From the NCBI RefSeq assembly GCF_006345805.1, contig NC_043008.1, positions 37,386,001-37,450,000 of the forward strand: a DNA stretch of 64,000 bases, in the 5' to 3' direction. The position numbers and the translations under genes were made by a program. Below, piece after piece: positions 1-13,396 of this stretch (its first letter is position 1; each line of letters starts with the position of its first letter). The DNA comes from Octopus sinensis (taxonomy: Eukaryota). A model generated the notes under the pieces. That model was not told the origin of the DNA. It was given only the letters and a program-made list of their open reading frames with translations, and ran no database searches.

Positions 1-420
1 CTTTTAAAACCCTAAAATTTCAAGTTTATACACTATAAACCACATGTAGGAACCTTATTAAAATGTAATGCATGAATGGAAAGCACATAAAATGACATTT
101 AAAAAGAGAATATTTTTTTTCACATAATTTTTCAAGAAGCTATCATTCGTTATTTAATGTTATTACAAACTTTTAGAAGAAGAAATAAAATCTGATGTTG
201 GCCTCCCAGTTGAATTATATCTCCATGTCATTTATAAATGTAAGACAGGAAACACAAATAAAAAATATTTAACTCCATAAGCCCATTACATAAGACACAG
301 AATATAAGTTATCCTTGAAAATACTTACATACATATACATATGCACACATATATGAATGAAGGTATATATATATATGTGTGTTTGTGTGTATGTATATAT
401 ATATATATATATTTCAAATA

Positions 421-734
421 ATGAGGGTGAAAAATTGAATATTAATTTGATTAATGTCAATTTAAAACCACTGGTCTAGCATGTTAAAATCTGAAGATAC
501 AGAAAAATTATATTACATACATATAAGAGGGGTGGTCACTATGTGGACATCCATATGCTAGAAGTAGATCTGCTATGATCTTACCACTAAGAAAGGAATG
601 TTCTCAAGAAAATATTAACAAATGCCAGAACGTTTGCTAAAATTTTCTTGAGAACATCCCTTTCTTAGTGGTAAGACCATAGCGGATCTACTTCTAGCGT
701 ATGGATGTCCACGTAGTGGTCATCCCTCTTATAT
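421..734. mobile_element. Fold-back element; ~93-bp inverted arms (521-613 / 642-734), outer end shared with 15826-16375
   Basis: atataagaggggtggtcactatgtggacatccatatgctagaagtag... is the imperfect reverse complement of 642-734; starts atgagggtgaaaaatt like 15833. Confidence 0.75.
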
Positions 735-759
735 GCATATATATATATATATATATATG

Positions 760-900
760 TATAAAAATATATATAAAAATACAAAATGGGACAAGAATAC
801 AAAACATTCAAATAGACGACACAAAAAAAACCAACGGGTCATTCAAAGCCTCTAATCTTCAGTCAAGAACCGGATCATCTTCGCAATTTCGGCTTGACCA
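760..900. mobile_element. Short interspersed repeat fragment beside (TA)n, probably a PLE terminal remnant
   Basis: Complex sequence directly abutting a TA tract, like other PLE-type remnants here; family assignment from recognition only. Confidence 0.3.
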
Positions 901-1300
901 AACCATCAGATGCTGTAGTATGCCTCTAGTCATGCTGCCTGTGCTTTTCCTTCTTGATCCAAATTGCTTAACTAAATTGTATTCCCGTCATTGTTGAAGT
1001 ATTCCAAGTGACCTTTCACGATCTCTTGGCTACCTATTAGCCTTTGCATGAGTCCACCTGTTGCCTGTGAGCCTTGTGACATGTCTGGCCCAGCGAAATT
1101 TGTGCTTTCAGTAACCTGAAATCACATTGTTCACTCTGTTCTGTTCTTGAGAATATAATGTGCATATATGATGATGATGATGATGATGATGTTGTTGTTT
1201 ATGTGTTTGTGTGAGTGAGCATGTGGATGTGTGCCTGGTATCAGATCATACCACTGTCTGGATCTAACAACAGCTGATGAGAGAGAGAGAGAGAGAGAGA

Positions 1301-1448
1301 AATTGACTGGTGTTTTCAGTATCGGTCCAGGAAAGATGAAAACCATATCTGACCTCGGTGAGATTTGACCTCAGAGCACAAAGAACTGAGACAAAGTCTA
1401 CAAAGCATTCTATTCAACATATTAACGACTCTGTCAATTCCTTGCCTT
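1301..1448 (-). mobile_element. Degenerate SINE (family B)
   Basis: Reverse complement resembles the family B head and ctgaggtcaa...tttcatc core. Confidence 0.45.
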
Positions 1449-2261
1449 AGGATATAGGAATGACTTGTAGAAATCAAAAGTTCAACTGTAATTATCTAAA
1501 TGTTAATAATCTGGAACAGAAAAGATTTCTGGTAGTGCAGAGCACCACCAATTTCTTCAGAGTCTGCTTTTTTTATTTTAGCAATCTCAATATGATTTGA
1601 ACTAGGAATGTTAAGGATCATAAACTAAATACAGCAAGTGCTTAGTGCTTTCATTCTGTTATGCCACTATCTTATTGATAGTAATACTAATAATAAATCA
1701 AGTACAATTTGATTTGAGAATTAAATAGCTAGACACTGATGCTAGAGCATAATATAGCATCTTTAATTAAACAGGTAATCATGAATAATACCATTTTCTC
1801 TTCAGCTTGTGGATTAGTTTCTGTGTGATCATGCAGTCTTTTGGCAGTGTTTGATGTTTTTATTTCACATTTGCTCTTTGGTCTTTCATTTTGCAAAATC
1901 TCACATTACTTTTGACACTTTTCAATCTAAAAGTTGTAGTTGGTGAACTCTGAGGAACTTAGGGAAGGAACTTTCTCGTTGCCATGTTAACAAAAAAAAA
2001 AAGAAAAAGAAATAATAAATAAACAGATAAATGAATGAAATAAAATAAGAAAAAGAAAGCAAGAAAAAAACAAAAAAGCTTAAAAAAAAATGCCTAAAAA
2101 TGTTTGTTAGGAAAATTTTCTAATACTGATTCGCTGGTATGTGCTAGCTGATTTGCTTGTAAGTTAGGTCAGTTGCAGTATTAAATCAATAAGCAGATAC
2201 AAAGAAATCCATTCATCACCATTTTAAATATTATTGAAAATAAGTGTGATTGAGTGACAGA

Positions 2262-2725
2262 AATAGCAGATTGCCTTTGAGAACCGATTCTAAATCCTGT
2301 TCACGTCAACCTTGCCTTTCATCCTTCTGATATCGCTACCATAAAGTACCAGTCAAGTACGGCCGTTGATTTAATCGCCTATTCCCTCAATCACAGAGTT
2401 GTAGCCTTGTGCCTATGTCCAAAATTGATACTTAGTTAATCTCTATTCTCTAAGTTCAAACACTGCCAGAATTTTATATTATCATTATTTTTATTAGTAT
2501 TATTATTATTATTTGAGCTGGCAAAATTGTTAGCATACAGGGCAAAATGCTTTGCAGCATTTCATCTATCTTTGCATTTTGAGTTCAAATTTTGCTTGGG
2601 TCGATTTTTGTCTTTCGTCCTTTTCAGATAGATAAAGTAAGTACCAGTCAAGTACTGGGGTCGATCTAATCAACTTATCCTTCCTCCAAAACTGCTGCCC
2701 TTGTGCCAAAATTTGAAACCATTAT
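2262..2725 (+). mobile_element. Two diverged SINE family B copies
   Basis: gagttcaaat...tttcatcc...aagtaccagt...ggggtcgat motifs at ~2262-2440 and ~2515-2725. Confidence 0.7.
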
Positions 2726-2821
2726 TATTATGGGGTCTATGTAATCAACTAGTCTCCCCACCCAAATTCCAGGTCTTGTGCTTTTGTAGAAAGGATTACT
2801 ATTATTATTATTATTATTATT

Positions 2822-3376
2822 GAGTGAGAGAGCAGTTCATGCCATCAAAGTGACACTGGGGTAAAATATACGAAGCCCAATATACCCATCATGACTACCC
2901 GTCTGATAAAGGTACACCAGGCACATGCATCACAACCATATGTGCGCGACATGGTGATCTCATATCAAGATAAACAGCACATGACCTTGCAGGTGGGGCC
3001 CAGTTAGAATTTTCTTCAGGTTGAGTAGCCCATCCCGCTCAAACGGTCCCTGAATAAGGGTTGTTTAAGGATGTTGAAAGAACCACCCATGTTTCCAGAG
3101 GTGAACTATTCAAACCCCAAAGAATCCCTTTCAACACATGGCTATGATGCTCCCCCACTACTTCTGCTCGTGATCAGAGATGCACATATCGTCAGCCACT
3201 AAGGGACATGCTCAACTGGTTAAGGTCAAACAACTGACAAGCAAATCTGTGGTATTGAGCAGAATATTTGCTGTAGCCCATCTTTTATACCAAGACAAAA
3301 CAATGTACATGATAACACTTCCAATCAGTTAAGATCAGAAGCCATGAGAGCCACTGCCTGGTACTGCATCAGGGCA
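2822..3376 (-). mobile_element. ~555-bp non-autonomous retroelement inserted in (AAT)n (family D)
   Basis: Near-identical to 61140-61686 and 60562-61097 and inverted relative to 42109-42665; (TAT)n on both flanks. Confidence 0.9.
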
Positions 3377-3390
3377 TTTATTATTATTAT

Positions 3391-3598
3391 CGTTAGCATG
3401 CCGGTCGAAATGCTTAGCGGTATTTCGTCTGCCACTACATTCTGAGTTCAAATTCCATGGAATCGACTTTGCCTTTCATCCTTTTGGGGTCGATTAAATA
3501 AGTACCAGTTATGCAATGGGGTCGATGTAATCGACTTAATCCGTTTGTCTGTCTTTGTTTGTCCTCTCTGAGTTTAGCCCCTTGTGGGTAGTAAAGAA

Positions 3599-3600
<2 letters not shown>
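3391..3600 (+). mobile_element. SINE family B
   Basis: cgttagcatgccggtcgaaatgcttagcggtatttcg...ttagccccttgtgggtagtaaagaaat; many homologs in window. Confidence 0.9.
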
Positions 3601-3638
<38 letters not shown>

Positions 3639-4277
3639 TGAGAGACAGAGAGACACAGAGAAGGAGGGAGGTAAGGCTGATAAACACAGTTAGGCTTGAT
3701 GCATATATTTACATGGAATACAAAATACAGAGAAAAATAAGAGAAAAAAATATATATTGAAAAATTATGTAATGTTTTATCTTGACAGCTGTTTGTAATG
3801 TTGAGATAAGACATAATATAATTTTTCTGCGTACAAATTTTTTTCTTCATCCTATAATCTGTCTTTTCTGCTCCATGTACATATATGTATATCAAGCCTA
3901 ACTATGTCTATCTATTTCACTACCTCCACAACAGCTTAATTTGGATCCCTCTTATTGCTACTTTTGATGCCATGGGCCTTGCCCTGCATGAAGAAGCTGG
4001 ATTTTAAGTTCACATTCATTTGAACACTACTCTATTCTATCTATTTGGCTTATTTAACTCTCACTCATTCACTATATATTATATATTTACAGTCAAAAAG
4101 TGAAAGATGGACATGCTCAGTACACAAAACATAGTATTGCTCAAATGATTTGAATTTTAACCCCGAAATTGTCATTGAGGGCCAAATCCATAGGAGAAAC
4201 ACAGGTGAGTTGATATGGAGATAGTGAAGCAGATACACATGATTAAGCTTGATATATATAAACATATATAAATATAT

Positions 4278-4475
4278 AGGTGCAGGTGTGGCTATGTGAT
4301 AAGAAGCATATTTCCCAACCACATGGTTACCAACCACATCAGTCCCACTGCATGGGACCTTGGGCAAGTGTCTTCCACTATAGCCTCGGGCCGACCAAAG
4401 CCTTGTGAGTGGATTTGGTAGACGGAAACTCAAAGAAGCGTGTCATATATATATATATTTATGTTAGTATGTATG

Positions 4476-4506
<31 letters not shown>

Positions 4507-4745
4507 GTTTAATTATATCCTTGTGTGTCTGGGTTTGTCTTCCCACTGTCGCTTGACAACTGATGTTGGTGTGTTTATATCCCTGTAATTTAGCAGTTCA
4601 GCAAAAGAGACTGATAGAATAAGTACTAGGCTTACAAAGAATAAATCCTCAGGACTATTTGTTTGACTAAAAGGTAGTGCTCTAGTATGGCTGCAGTCAA
4701 ATGACTGAAACAAGTAAAAGAGTAAAAGAAAAGAAGAATAAAAGA
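4278..4745 (+). mobile_element. tRNA-derived SINE family A with internal (TA)n
   Basis: A-box-like gtggctatgtgataag head, ccttgggcaagtgtctt core, tail gcagtcaaatgactgaaacaagtaaaag. Confidence 0.85.
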
Positions 4746-4767
4746 ATATATATATATGCACATGTAG

Positions 4768-4827
<60 letters not shown>

Positions 4828-5118
4828 ACATATAACTTAACATATTTAGACAATAAACACATATGTACAAGCATATATATATATATACACGTTTTATTTA
4901 TTATTTTGCACATTACTTAATCATTGTTATATGTTTTATCTTATATTTAATCTTTTTATAATATGTAATTTTTCTAAATGGTATAATTTAATTTTTCATT
5001 ATTGAATTGATAAAAAGTGGTTTGTTTTCTAATTTATACACATATACATTATATTTTGTGAAATTTGATTTAGTATTTCTAAATTCAATTCTTCCCTGTA
5101 AGTTTGGAATAATATTCC

Positions 5119-5160
<42 letters not shown>

Positions 5161-5697
5161 CAAATATAAGCAAATACATTTACATAGAGCATAAATAATA
5201 CAGAATACTAAGGAGAGAATGCATAGTTTTTAAACTTGACAGCTGTTTCTTGAAGCTCAGAACTATGTGATAATTGTCATGTTCAAGATTAGTTGATGGA
5301 ATATGCAGAAAGTCATGGATATGCAATAGGTAAATAGTCACATAGAAATATCACTATAAGATTGACTTTCTCTACTGGGAGAAAATTTAGCAAAAGCTGT
5401 TCACATATTAATACAAGGGATTCAAAAGTTGAAGTGGAGATGAAGAAGAAAAGGAGTAAAAGACAGGCAGAGTTCGGATGTTGGTGGATTAGTAAATTGT
5501 TTATTTAATTGGCTATTTCCTTTACTTTTGAATAATTGGCCTTAAATAAGAAATTACTGTTAATTGAATGCAAAATGCACAGAGCATTTACACTTTACAC
5601 TGCTTAGTTTTCTTTCTGGTATCCCTTGAGTCTCAATAGTTTTATCATTAATTTAAATACTACAATTATTAACTCAGCAGCTTTGCTGAATCATGAC

Positions 5698-5868
5698 TAT
5701 ACTGGGCAAAATGCTTAGTGGCAGTTCTTCTGATTTTACATTTTCAAATGCTGTTGAGGGTTAACTTTGCCTTTCATCAAGTACCAGTTGAGCACTGAGG
5801 TCAATGTAACCAACTCACCCCACTCACTCACTCAAAATTGTTGGCCTTGTGCTAAAATTTGAAATCAA
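5698..5868 (+). mobile_element. Degenerate SINE family B
   Basis: ctgggcaaaatgcttagtgg...tttgcctttcatcaagtaccagttgagcactg. Confidence 0.7.
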
Positions 5869-5980
5869 GTTATATACCAATGTAAATTCACTTGATTATG
5901 CTTGCTTTTTTAGAAAATTGTCAGCACATGTTTGAAAGGGCATGATAGATTGATGGATAGACAGATAAATAGATAGCTGG

Positions 5981-6091
5981 ATTGGATACATTTTTATTGA
6001 CCCTAAAACGCTAAAAAAATTGTTGTCCTCAGTAGTATTTGAACTTGGAGTACAAAGAATCTGAACAAATATCCCCTGGCATTCTATCCAA

Positions 6092-6095
<4 letters not shown>
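5981..6095 (-). mobile_element. SINE family B-like 5' fragment; inverted homolog at 6782-6922
   Basis: attggatacatttttattgacc...gtatttgaacttggagtacaaagaat occurs inverted at 6782-6922. Confidence 0.6.
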
Positions 6096-6156
<61 letters not shown>

Positions 6157-6218
6157 CATACAGATAGATAGATGGATAGACAGATAGATAGACAGATAGT
6201 GTGTGAGAGGGGGAGAGA

Positions 6219-6254
<36 letters not shown>

Positions 6255-6260
6255 GTAGAT
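6092..6260. repeat. (GATA)n microsatellite
   Basis: Direct. Confidence 0.95.
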
Positions 6261-6898
6261 AGATAACTTTCTTTACTGGCCATACAGGGCTGAAATACAG
6301 AGGGGACAAATACAAATGTAGAGCTTTTCTTTTCAAAGATGGAAAAAGAAAACAGGAAACAAAAAAGGAAACAAATGTAAAATTCCGATCGAAAGGGATC
6401 GGAAAAAAAAAGGGAAAAAAAGAAAAAAGGAAAAAAAAACAAAGTGATAGATAGATAAATAGATTAGATAAATAGATAGATAGGTAGTGTGTGAGAGGGG
6501 GAGAGAAACCATGTAGTAATGAGTTCAAACCCTGCTGCAACTGATTATATTGTGCCTCCTAGGTTAGGTACGTTCTGTAGTTAGCTTTTGTCTCTTTACT
6601 CATGAAATAGCTGTCAGTTCCTGTTTAACAATCAATTAAATTTTTGGTGTTTGATCTTTTTGATATCAATCCAACTTGAAACTGCCTTAAAACTATTAAT
6701 TTTAATCTCTTCAACTTTAAATTAAAACATTTCATCATAATTTTATCAAAGAACTTTTTGTTAAAGCATGCTTTAAGACATCCAATTTGGCAGAGACGTT
6801 AGAGAGTTGGATAAAATGCCACGAGATACTTGTTCAAATTCTTTGTACTCCGAGTTCAAATACTATTGTGGACAACATTTTTTATTATTGTTTTATGG

Positions 6899-7154
6899 TC
6901 AATAAAAATGTATCCAATTCATGGAACTGCAAGAATGTTGCACCAGATGCCTTGTGGAATTTGTTACACTGTTTTGTGTTCTGTGTTCATATTCCACCAA
7001 TGTCTGCATGAATGGGGAATCTAATCTGTCACCCAATTTAACACTGCCATTTGGGAGATTGCATGCCTTCAGCTGAGTACACTCTATTACTTTTGACCCT
7101 GATCTCTGGCCTGATGATAACTTTCTCCCCCGCTTCACACCAGTTTCAGAGGCT
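6899..7154 (-). CDS. Possible host exon, unknown product (ASETGVKRGRKLSSGQRSGSK...)
   Basis: Good acceptor ttcttaatgtcctttacag; only one frame is open, for ~80 codons; no clear donor, and the frame runs into a SINE fragment. Confidence 0.3.
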
Positions 7155-8079
7155 CTGTAAAGGACATTAAGAACTATCTTCCATCCGGAATAATGATATA
7201 TAAAATCAAACAGTTTGATAATCATAGAGTTTGCTATTTTACAAAGTTTCCTAAAATTCTTGATTAATTTTTAAAAGTAATTGAAGCACATTGACAGCAA
7301 ACATATTTCACTAGGTTTATGTTTACAATAAGTTTATTAAAGGGATCCAGTTTAAAAATATGAATATTTCATCCAATGATATATAATATGATTTCCAAAC
7401 AATAACAAACCTTTTCAGTTTTAATATGTTCTGGCAGATTTGAACATAAATATCTAATTACTATTGTTTTCCATCATCAAAGAACAAATTCTCTCTTTAA
7501 ATGATGTGTGCTCATTACATGTAGTACATCAGTATAAGGAGACTTTGAGACACTGCAGTGTTTCAACCTTGTTATATCTCACCTCAGGCAAAGCTACTCC
7601 ATTGGACTGATGAATCTGACAAGAGCACTAGCTCTTGACAAACTATTTGCTGATGTCTGACAAAGAGGCAATAATTTTTAGGGTGCATGCAAAACAACAA
7701 AAATTCAAATAGTAACATATCAGTTTATTCTTGTTATCTGTTTGACAGACATCAGCATACATCTGCAAGTAATATATGTTTGCTGTCCTTGTCAGATTCA
7801 TTGGTGCAGCAATGTAGCTTTGACTGAGAAGACACACATTGGTTAAAACTTTGCACATATGTCAAAGTCCCCTTACAACGGTGAATCTTGTGTTCTATGA
7901 CCATGCATAATCTAAAAAGTGGTGTTTCCTAATAGTGAAAAGCAGCAGCAATCAGATACCCATGTTCAAATTGACCATAACAGGTAGCAAGGGCTTGCAT
8001 TTTTGCAGCACACAGCTGCATCCACTGTTTGTTAGTATTTGCTCAGCTGTGTTCCAGTCAGTCCTCATCTCTGCAAGAT

Positions 8080-8870
8080 ACTCCTTCATCTACCCTTGCT
8101 CATGTGGCATGGCCAAGACGGTTGTGACTGACCAACATGAGATGTTACTCCAGCCAGGTCATCAGAGAAGAGAACACAGTATGCAGAATCCAACTAAGAA
8201 AAGTGAGCAATATGACGAAAGAGTCTGAGCTGATACTTTCAAATCATACAAATAACAGGACACATCTCAGTGTCTGAGTGGAGTCATTAGTTGGATATGA
8301 AATCCAGCCAACGGTAGCCCATAATCATGTAAAACATCCTGGTACCAAAGGAGTTCAGGCAGCTCTTAAGGGTCACAGACAGTGTTTAAGTCTCTCAACT
8401 ATGGAGCAAAATAGGGAGGACCGGAGTCCTGAAGTCCCAAACCTTTGTCTTCCTGCTCATATAGTGGCAGCATCAAACTTCCTTGTCCAGTGAGTGCATG
8501 AATGCCTCAGCATATCTAAGTCTTTTTAAGACTTTGGACTTGCAGCTAATGCAACTATGGGTCATGTATAACTGAGGGGGTCAAGAACTTCGACATTCTT
8601 AGCCACAACAGAGACAGACAAGATGGAAACTCCCAGAAACCAGCAAAAGACTGGTTCCCTTTCCTCATTCAGTGAAAGGAAAGCACTCCTTAAGATATTC
8701 AGAGACTCACAAGAATAACCACATCATCAGCAAAATCCAGATCAGTAATCCAGGTTCCTCTGATGAGAGCTCCATAATTCAATGAGTCATCATCTGTCCA
8801 AGTATCCAGTCCATGCAGACATTAAACAGAGTAGGGGCCAAAATATAACCATGAAAGACTTTAGATCTAA
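8080..8870 (-). pseudogene. Decayed RTE-type LINE reverse-transcriptase fragment
   Basis: Minus strand encodes ILAPTLFNVCMDW (RT motif following the QG box) with stops and frameshifts; related piece at ~39290-39430. Confidence 0.75.
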
Positions 8871-10309
8871 ATGGGAAACTGTCAAATGTTGAAACCCCTA
8901 ATACGAACTGAGCTGAAGGTGAAATGCTTAATTACTTTCTTTGGATTCTCATTGCTCTGGGGACAACCCACAAATTATCAATTATTTCCAAATACTTTTT
9001 ACAAAACTATCAAGTACACACTTTGATATGAAAATAAGGTTAAAAAAGAAAAAAAAAGAAAAATGTGTGGGAAAAACAAATTATAAATCTCTAATTTTTA
9101 CATAAGTTAAATTTCTAAAGAAGCAATTGATGTATTTTGGACAAATTCTCCATTTCTTGTTTCTTCAGAAAATAGAATTAAATTCATTTAGTTAACCTTT
9201 TGGCAACAAATGATTGAAAAGGGTTTTAGTTTTCTTTTTAATATTTAGTTTCTTTATGACAACGTTGTATGTGTGAATTAGAGTGGATTACAGCTTTCTG
9301 TCAATATAAAAATCTCGCTATGAAACACTGGTTGAATTTCTCAATTTCATTAAATATTCAATGGATTTCATGTCAATGATTCCTTGAGAATTATTATTAT
9401 TATTATCATTATTTGTATTATTATGATTATTATTATTATTATTATTATTATTATTGTTATTGTTGTTGTTGTTGTTTTTGTTGCTGTTGTTATTTTGGAA
9501 ATACCCTATTGAACTCTGTAATCATTTAAAAGATGCTTTTGTGGCGTCATGTGATTGACCTTGGTTTTATCAGCATGGTTTATTCAAACTGATTTTCAAC
9601 TACTTCACATAATGGTTTTCTTCTTCTTTCATTTTTCTTTCTTTTCTTTTTCATTTTATGAAATATTTTGATGGTGATAATGTTATCGGTGATTTCCTGT
9701 TGCGTGTTAAAAACCAAAACAATTGTTGGTGAATTGTGACAAAGACCCTGATATGAAGTACAATTAAAGTCATAGTTTAAATGCACAGTGAGCAGCTACA
9801 TCAGTTATAAGCAGTTAAGATTAACCACATTCCTTATCACTGCAGTATGTTGATACAAACATTAGGTAAAAATGATCAAATTCGGTGGTCTTTTATATTT
9901 TTTTATGGGTGAAACGTAAGATTAGTTTGTTAATTGTTTGGATGGAATTATCTGTTTTAATTGGAGTTAAAATTAATTCAGAGATACAAAGGTTCTTCAA
10001 ATTGTTTTGTTTTTTTCTTTATTTCCATTTGAAATTTGAAATTGATAACACTTCTCTTCTGTAAGCCAAAATTGACTTAAAATCCTCAAATTCAAATCCA
10101 ATTCAAACAGCAAAAAAAAAAAGAAAGAAAAAGAAACAATTTTGAATTGATTAAAACTTCAGTATTTTTTTTTTGTTTTTGTTTTTCATCTTTGATTTGG
10201 ATTTGAATTAAATTTCTAATTTACAAAATTGCTTTTTTTCAATTCAGATTTTCGTGTTCTTAACTTCAGTTTAAGAAATAACTGCTGAAACAATTTGATT
10301 TTAAAACCA

Positions 10310-10425
10310 CATATACATATGCACGCACACATACATACATACATACATACATACATACATGCATACATACATACATATATATATATATACATGTATATAT
10401 ATGTGTGTATATATATATGTGTGTG

Positions 10426-10495
<70 letters not shown>

Positions 10496-10498
10496 GTA

Positions 10499-10537
<39 letters not shown>

Positions 10538-10546
10538 ATATATGTG

Positions 10547-10635
<89 letters not shown>
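10310..10635. repeat. (TACA)n/(TA)n compound microsatellite
   Basis: Direct. Confidence 0.95.
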
Positions 10636-10637
<2 letters not shown>

Positions 10638-10807
10638 TATAATCAAAAAAGGGTAATAACATAGATTACTACCAGTGGCCCAGCACAAAAGACGAATTAG
10701 TCATTAGACAAAATATTATTCATATAGAAATATAATTAAGGGCTCCCAAATAAGGATACACACATATATATACATGTATATATATATATGTATATATATA
10801 TATATGC

Positions 10808-11071
10808 CAGCCTCGCCTGGCCCTTGTGCCGGTGGCACATAAAAAGCACCATCCGTTCGTGGCCGTTTGCGAGCTCTGTCTGGCACCTGTACGGGTGGCA
10901 CGTAAAATGCACCCACTACACTCACGGAGTGGTTGGCGTTAGGAAGGGCATCCAGCCGTAGAAACACTGCCAGATTTGACTAGGCCTGATGAAGCCTTCT
11001 GGCTTCACAGACCCCAGTAGAACCGTCCAACCCATGCTAGCATGGAAAACGGACGCTAAACGATGATGATG

Positions 11072-11072
<1 letters not shown>
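10808..11072 (+). mobile_element. RTE-tail SINE or RTE 3' end (family C)
   Basis: ttaggaagggcatccagccgtagaaac...aacccatgctagcatggaaaacggacgctaaacgatgatgat; same tail as the RTE at 33083. Confidence 0.85.
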
Positions 11073-11104
<32 letters not shown>

Positions 11105-11133
11105 ATATATGTATATGTATATATATATTTTAT

Positions 11134-11337
11134 CCTTTACTTGTTTCAGTCATTAGAATGTAGCCACACTGGGGTATTGCCTAGAAGAATTTTAGTCAAA
11201 CAAAGCAACCCCAGTACTTATAATTCTTTAAGCCTGATATTTATTCTATTGATATCTTTCACTGGACCACTAAGTTACAGGGATGTAAACACACCAACAC
11301 CAGTTGTCAAGTGGTGGTGGAGGACAAACACAGACAC

Positions 11338-11420
<83 letters not shown>

Positions 11421-11625
11421 GTGCGTCTGTGTGTGTGTATGCATGTATGTATGTATGTATATACGATGGGCTTCTTTCAGTTTCTGTCTACCAAGTCCTA
11501 TCATAAGTCTTTGGGCAGCCCAAAGCTATAGTGCTACAGTAGAAGATACTTGGACAAGGTGCCATATAGTTGGACTGAACCTCATTCAAAGTTGGTGGGA
11601 AGCAAACTTATCCCCACACAGCTAC
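11134..11625 (-). mobile_element. SINE family A with internal (CA)n(TA)n
   Basis: Reverse complement of the 4278-4745 family. Confidence 0.85.
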
Positions 11626-11801
11626 AACATATATATATATCGTTGCTATTATGTTAAACTGTTGTATGTCCAAATATAGCCAAATACGTTTTTTCCAATA
11701 TTTATTTTTGCTTGGAATAGCCAATTCTTTTGGTCAAATTATAGTATCTCCAATTGCTTCAGATGCCAAAATATCAAAAATTGTCAAAGAGTAGTACAAT
11801 G

Positions 11802-11845
<44 letters not shown>

Positions 11846-11859
11846 AATACACACCCAAA

Positions 11860-12147
11860 AGAACTACTAACGGTTTCATGCTATCATGTGATGAGGAAGT
11901 GAAAACTGTAGTGAAAACTGTAGTGAAGAAGTGGCTCAAAGAACAATCAATAGAATTTTACGGGGCAGGGATACATGCTCTCATTCGAAGGTGGAACATT
12001 GCTATTGAGAGAAACGGTGACTATGTTGAGAAGTAGGGATGTGATCCACAGAGGACCAACTTCATTTTGATGTATGATACATGTTCCTGTGTCTGTAATT
12101 ATACCTGTCTTAAACAAAATGGCATAACTTTTTGACTCACCCTCGTA
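11860..12147 (+). mobile_element. Mariner transposase 3' remnant with right TIR
   Basis: Encodes EEVKTVVKTVVKKWLKEQSIEFYGAGIHALIRRWNIAIERNGDYVEK*; ends actttttgactcaccctcgta. Confidence 0.85.
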
Positions 12148-12175
12148 TAACAATACACTTCAATGTTAATATCCA

Positions 12176-12392
12176 TCTAAGGTGGCGAGATGGCAGAATC
12201 AGTAGCACACTGGGCAAAATTCCTAGTGACATTTTGTCTGTTCTGAGTTCAAATACCATCAAGGTCCATTTTGCCTTTCACCTTTCCAGGGTTGATATAA
12301 TACATATCAGTCAAGCACTGGGGTCAATGTAATCAACTTGCACCCTTCCTTGAAATTGCTGGCCTTGTGCCAAAATTCGAAACCAATATTAG
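12176..12392 (+). mobile_element. SINE family B
   Basis: ggcgagatggcagaatcagtagcacactgggcaaaat... family motifs. Confidence 0.8.
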
Positions 12393-12859
12393 CATCCATC
12401 TACAAGAGTGGATGTTTCCATACTTTTGGCAATTACTTTGATGATAATTGCACAAATGATAATAACATCTAGAGCTTGTCTAATTTAAATATTGGATGGT
12501 ATTTGAAGAACATATCCTCTCACTCTATACTGATTATTGCAATAATTTAGTGTGTTTTAAAATTCTTCTTGGAATCCATAGATTTAACAATCAATTTATC
12601 ATAATTACTTTAAGGAAATAATTGTTGCTTCCCAGTTATGGATATTTCCAGTTTTCTTATCCTCATATTATTGGAATATATATATAACAATGAAACCTTA
12701 ATGAAATTGTGACTTGCTCTACATGTAAATCATTTTAATACATTCCACATGTGAATTATAATTAAAAAAACAAAAAAAACATGCATTCTGCACTTACAGG
12801 TCTTATATAATTCAGTAATTAGAATTGAGGCACACACACAATGCAAAGAAAATGTATAT

Positions 12860-12893
<34 letters not shown>

Positions 12894-13052
12894 CAATAGA
12901 TAGATAGTGATGTAGATAAACACAGCTTGGGTTTCTCTTATAACCACTCTTTAAATGTGGATTTGGTTCTTAATAAAAACTTTGGAGTTTAAGTTCAAAT
13001 CATTTGTGCACTACTACTTTTGATTGAGCATCCCTGGATCTCACCTGTTAAC

Positions 13053-13084
<32 letters not shown>

Positions 13085-13301
13085 CATATATAGATAGATA
13101 GATAGATAGATATAGATATATATACATATAATAAATATTAGGGAATGAATCCAAAATTACAGGGAAAAATCAGATTTAGGGTTAAATCCAATTTTATAGT
13201 AAAATATTATATAATATAATTCGAGACAAAACCACTATTTTAAAACCAAACAAGGAAAGACTTAATCAATACATAAAATTTTAATATAAATTAAATAACC
13301 G

Positions 13302-13344
13302 CCACTACAAATGTTTCATGTCTGCTCCGACAATCTTCAGGTGG
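13302..13344 (-). ncRNA. Mirror hammerhead motif on the minus strand
   Basis: Exact reverse complement of 13354-13396. Confidence 0.7.
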
Positions 13345-13353
13345 ATTTTCGAT

Positions 13354-13396
13354 CCACCTGAAGATTGTCGGAGCAGACATGAAACATTTGTAGTGG
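13354..13396 (+). ncRNA. Minimal type-I hammerhead ribozyme motif
   Basis: ccac-CTGAAGA-t-tgtc-ggagca-gaca-t-GAAAC-attt-GTA-gtgg: core intact, stem I 4 bp, stem II 4 bp. Confidence 0.7.

Noticed and set aside
485-515. CTGAAGA-taca-GAAA hammerhead-like string
   Set aside because: No stem I or II pairing, and absent from the related element at 15826
1801-2000. Exon candidate after a strong ttttctcttcag acceptor
   Set aside because: Stops in all three plus frames; minus-strand frames are also interrupted
7574-7660. Minus-strand exon with GAG|GTGAGA donor
   Set aside because: All frames stop, and the region is part of an old inverted repeat
10216-10688. Long IY/YI, II, NN, LSIY ORFs (also ~14.9, 20.1, 46.4, 52.6, 63.3 kb)
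   Set aside because: Translations of stop-free microsatellites
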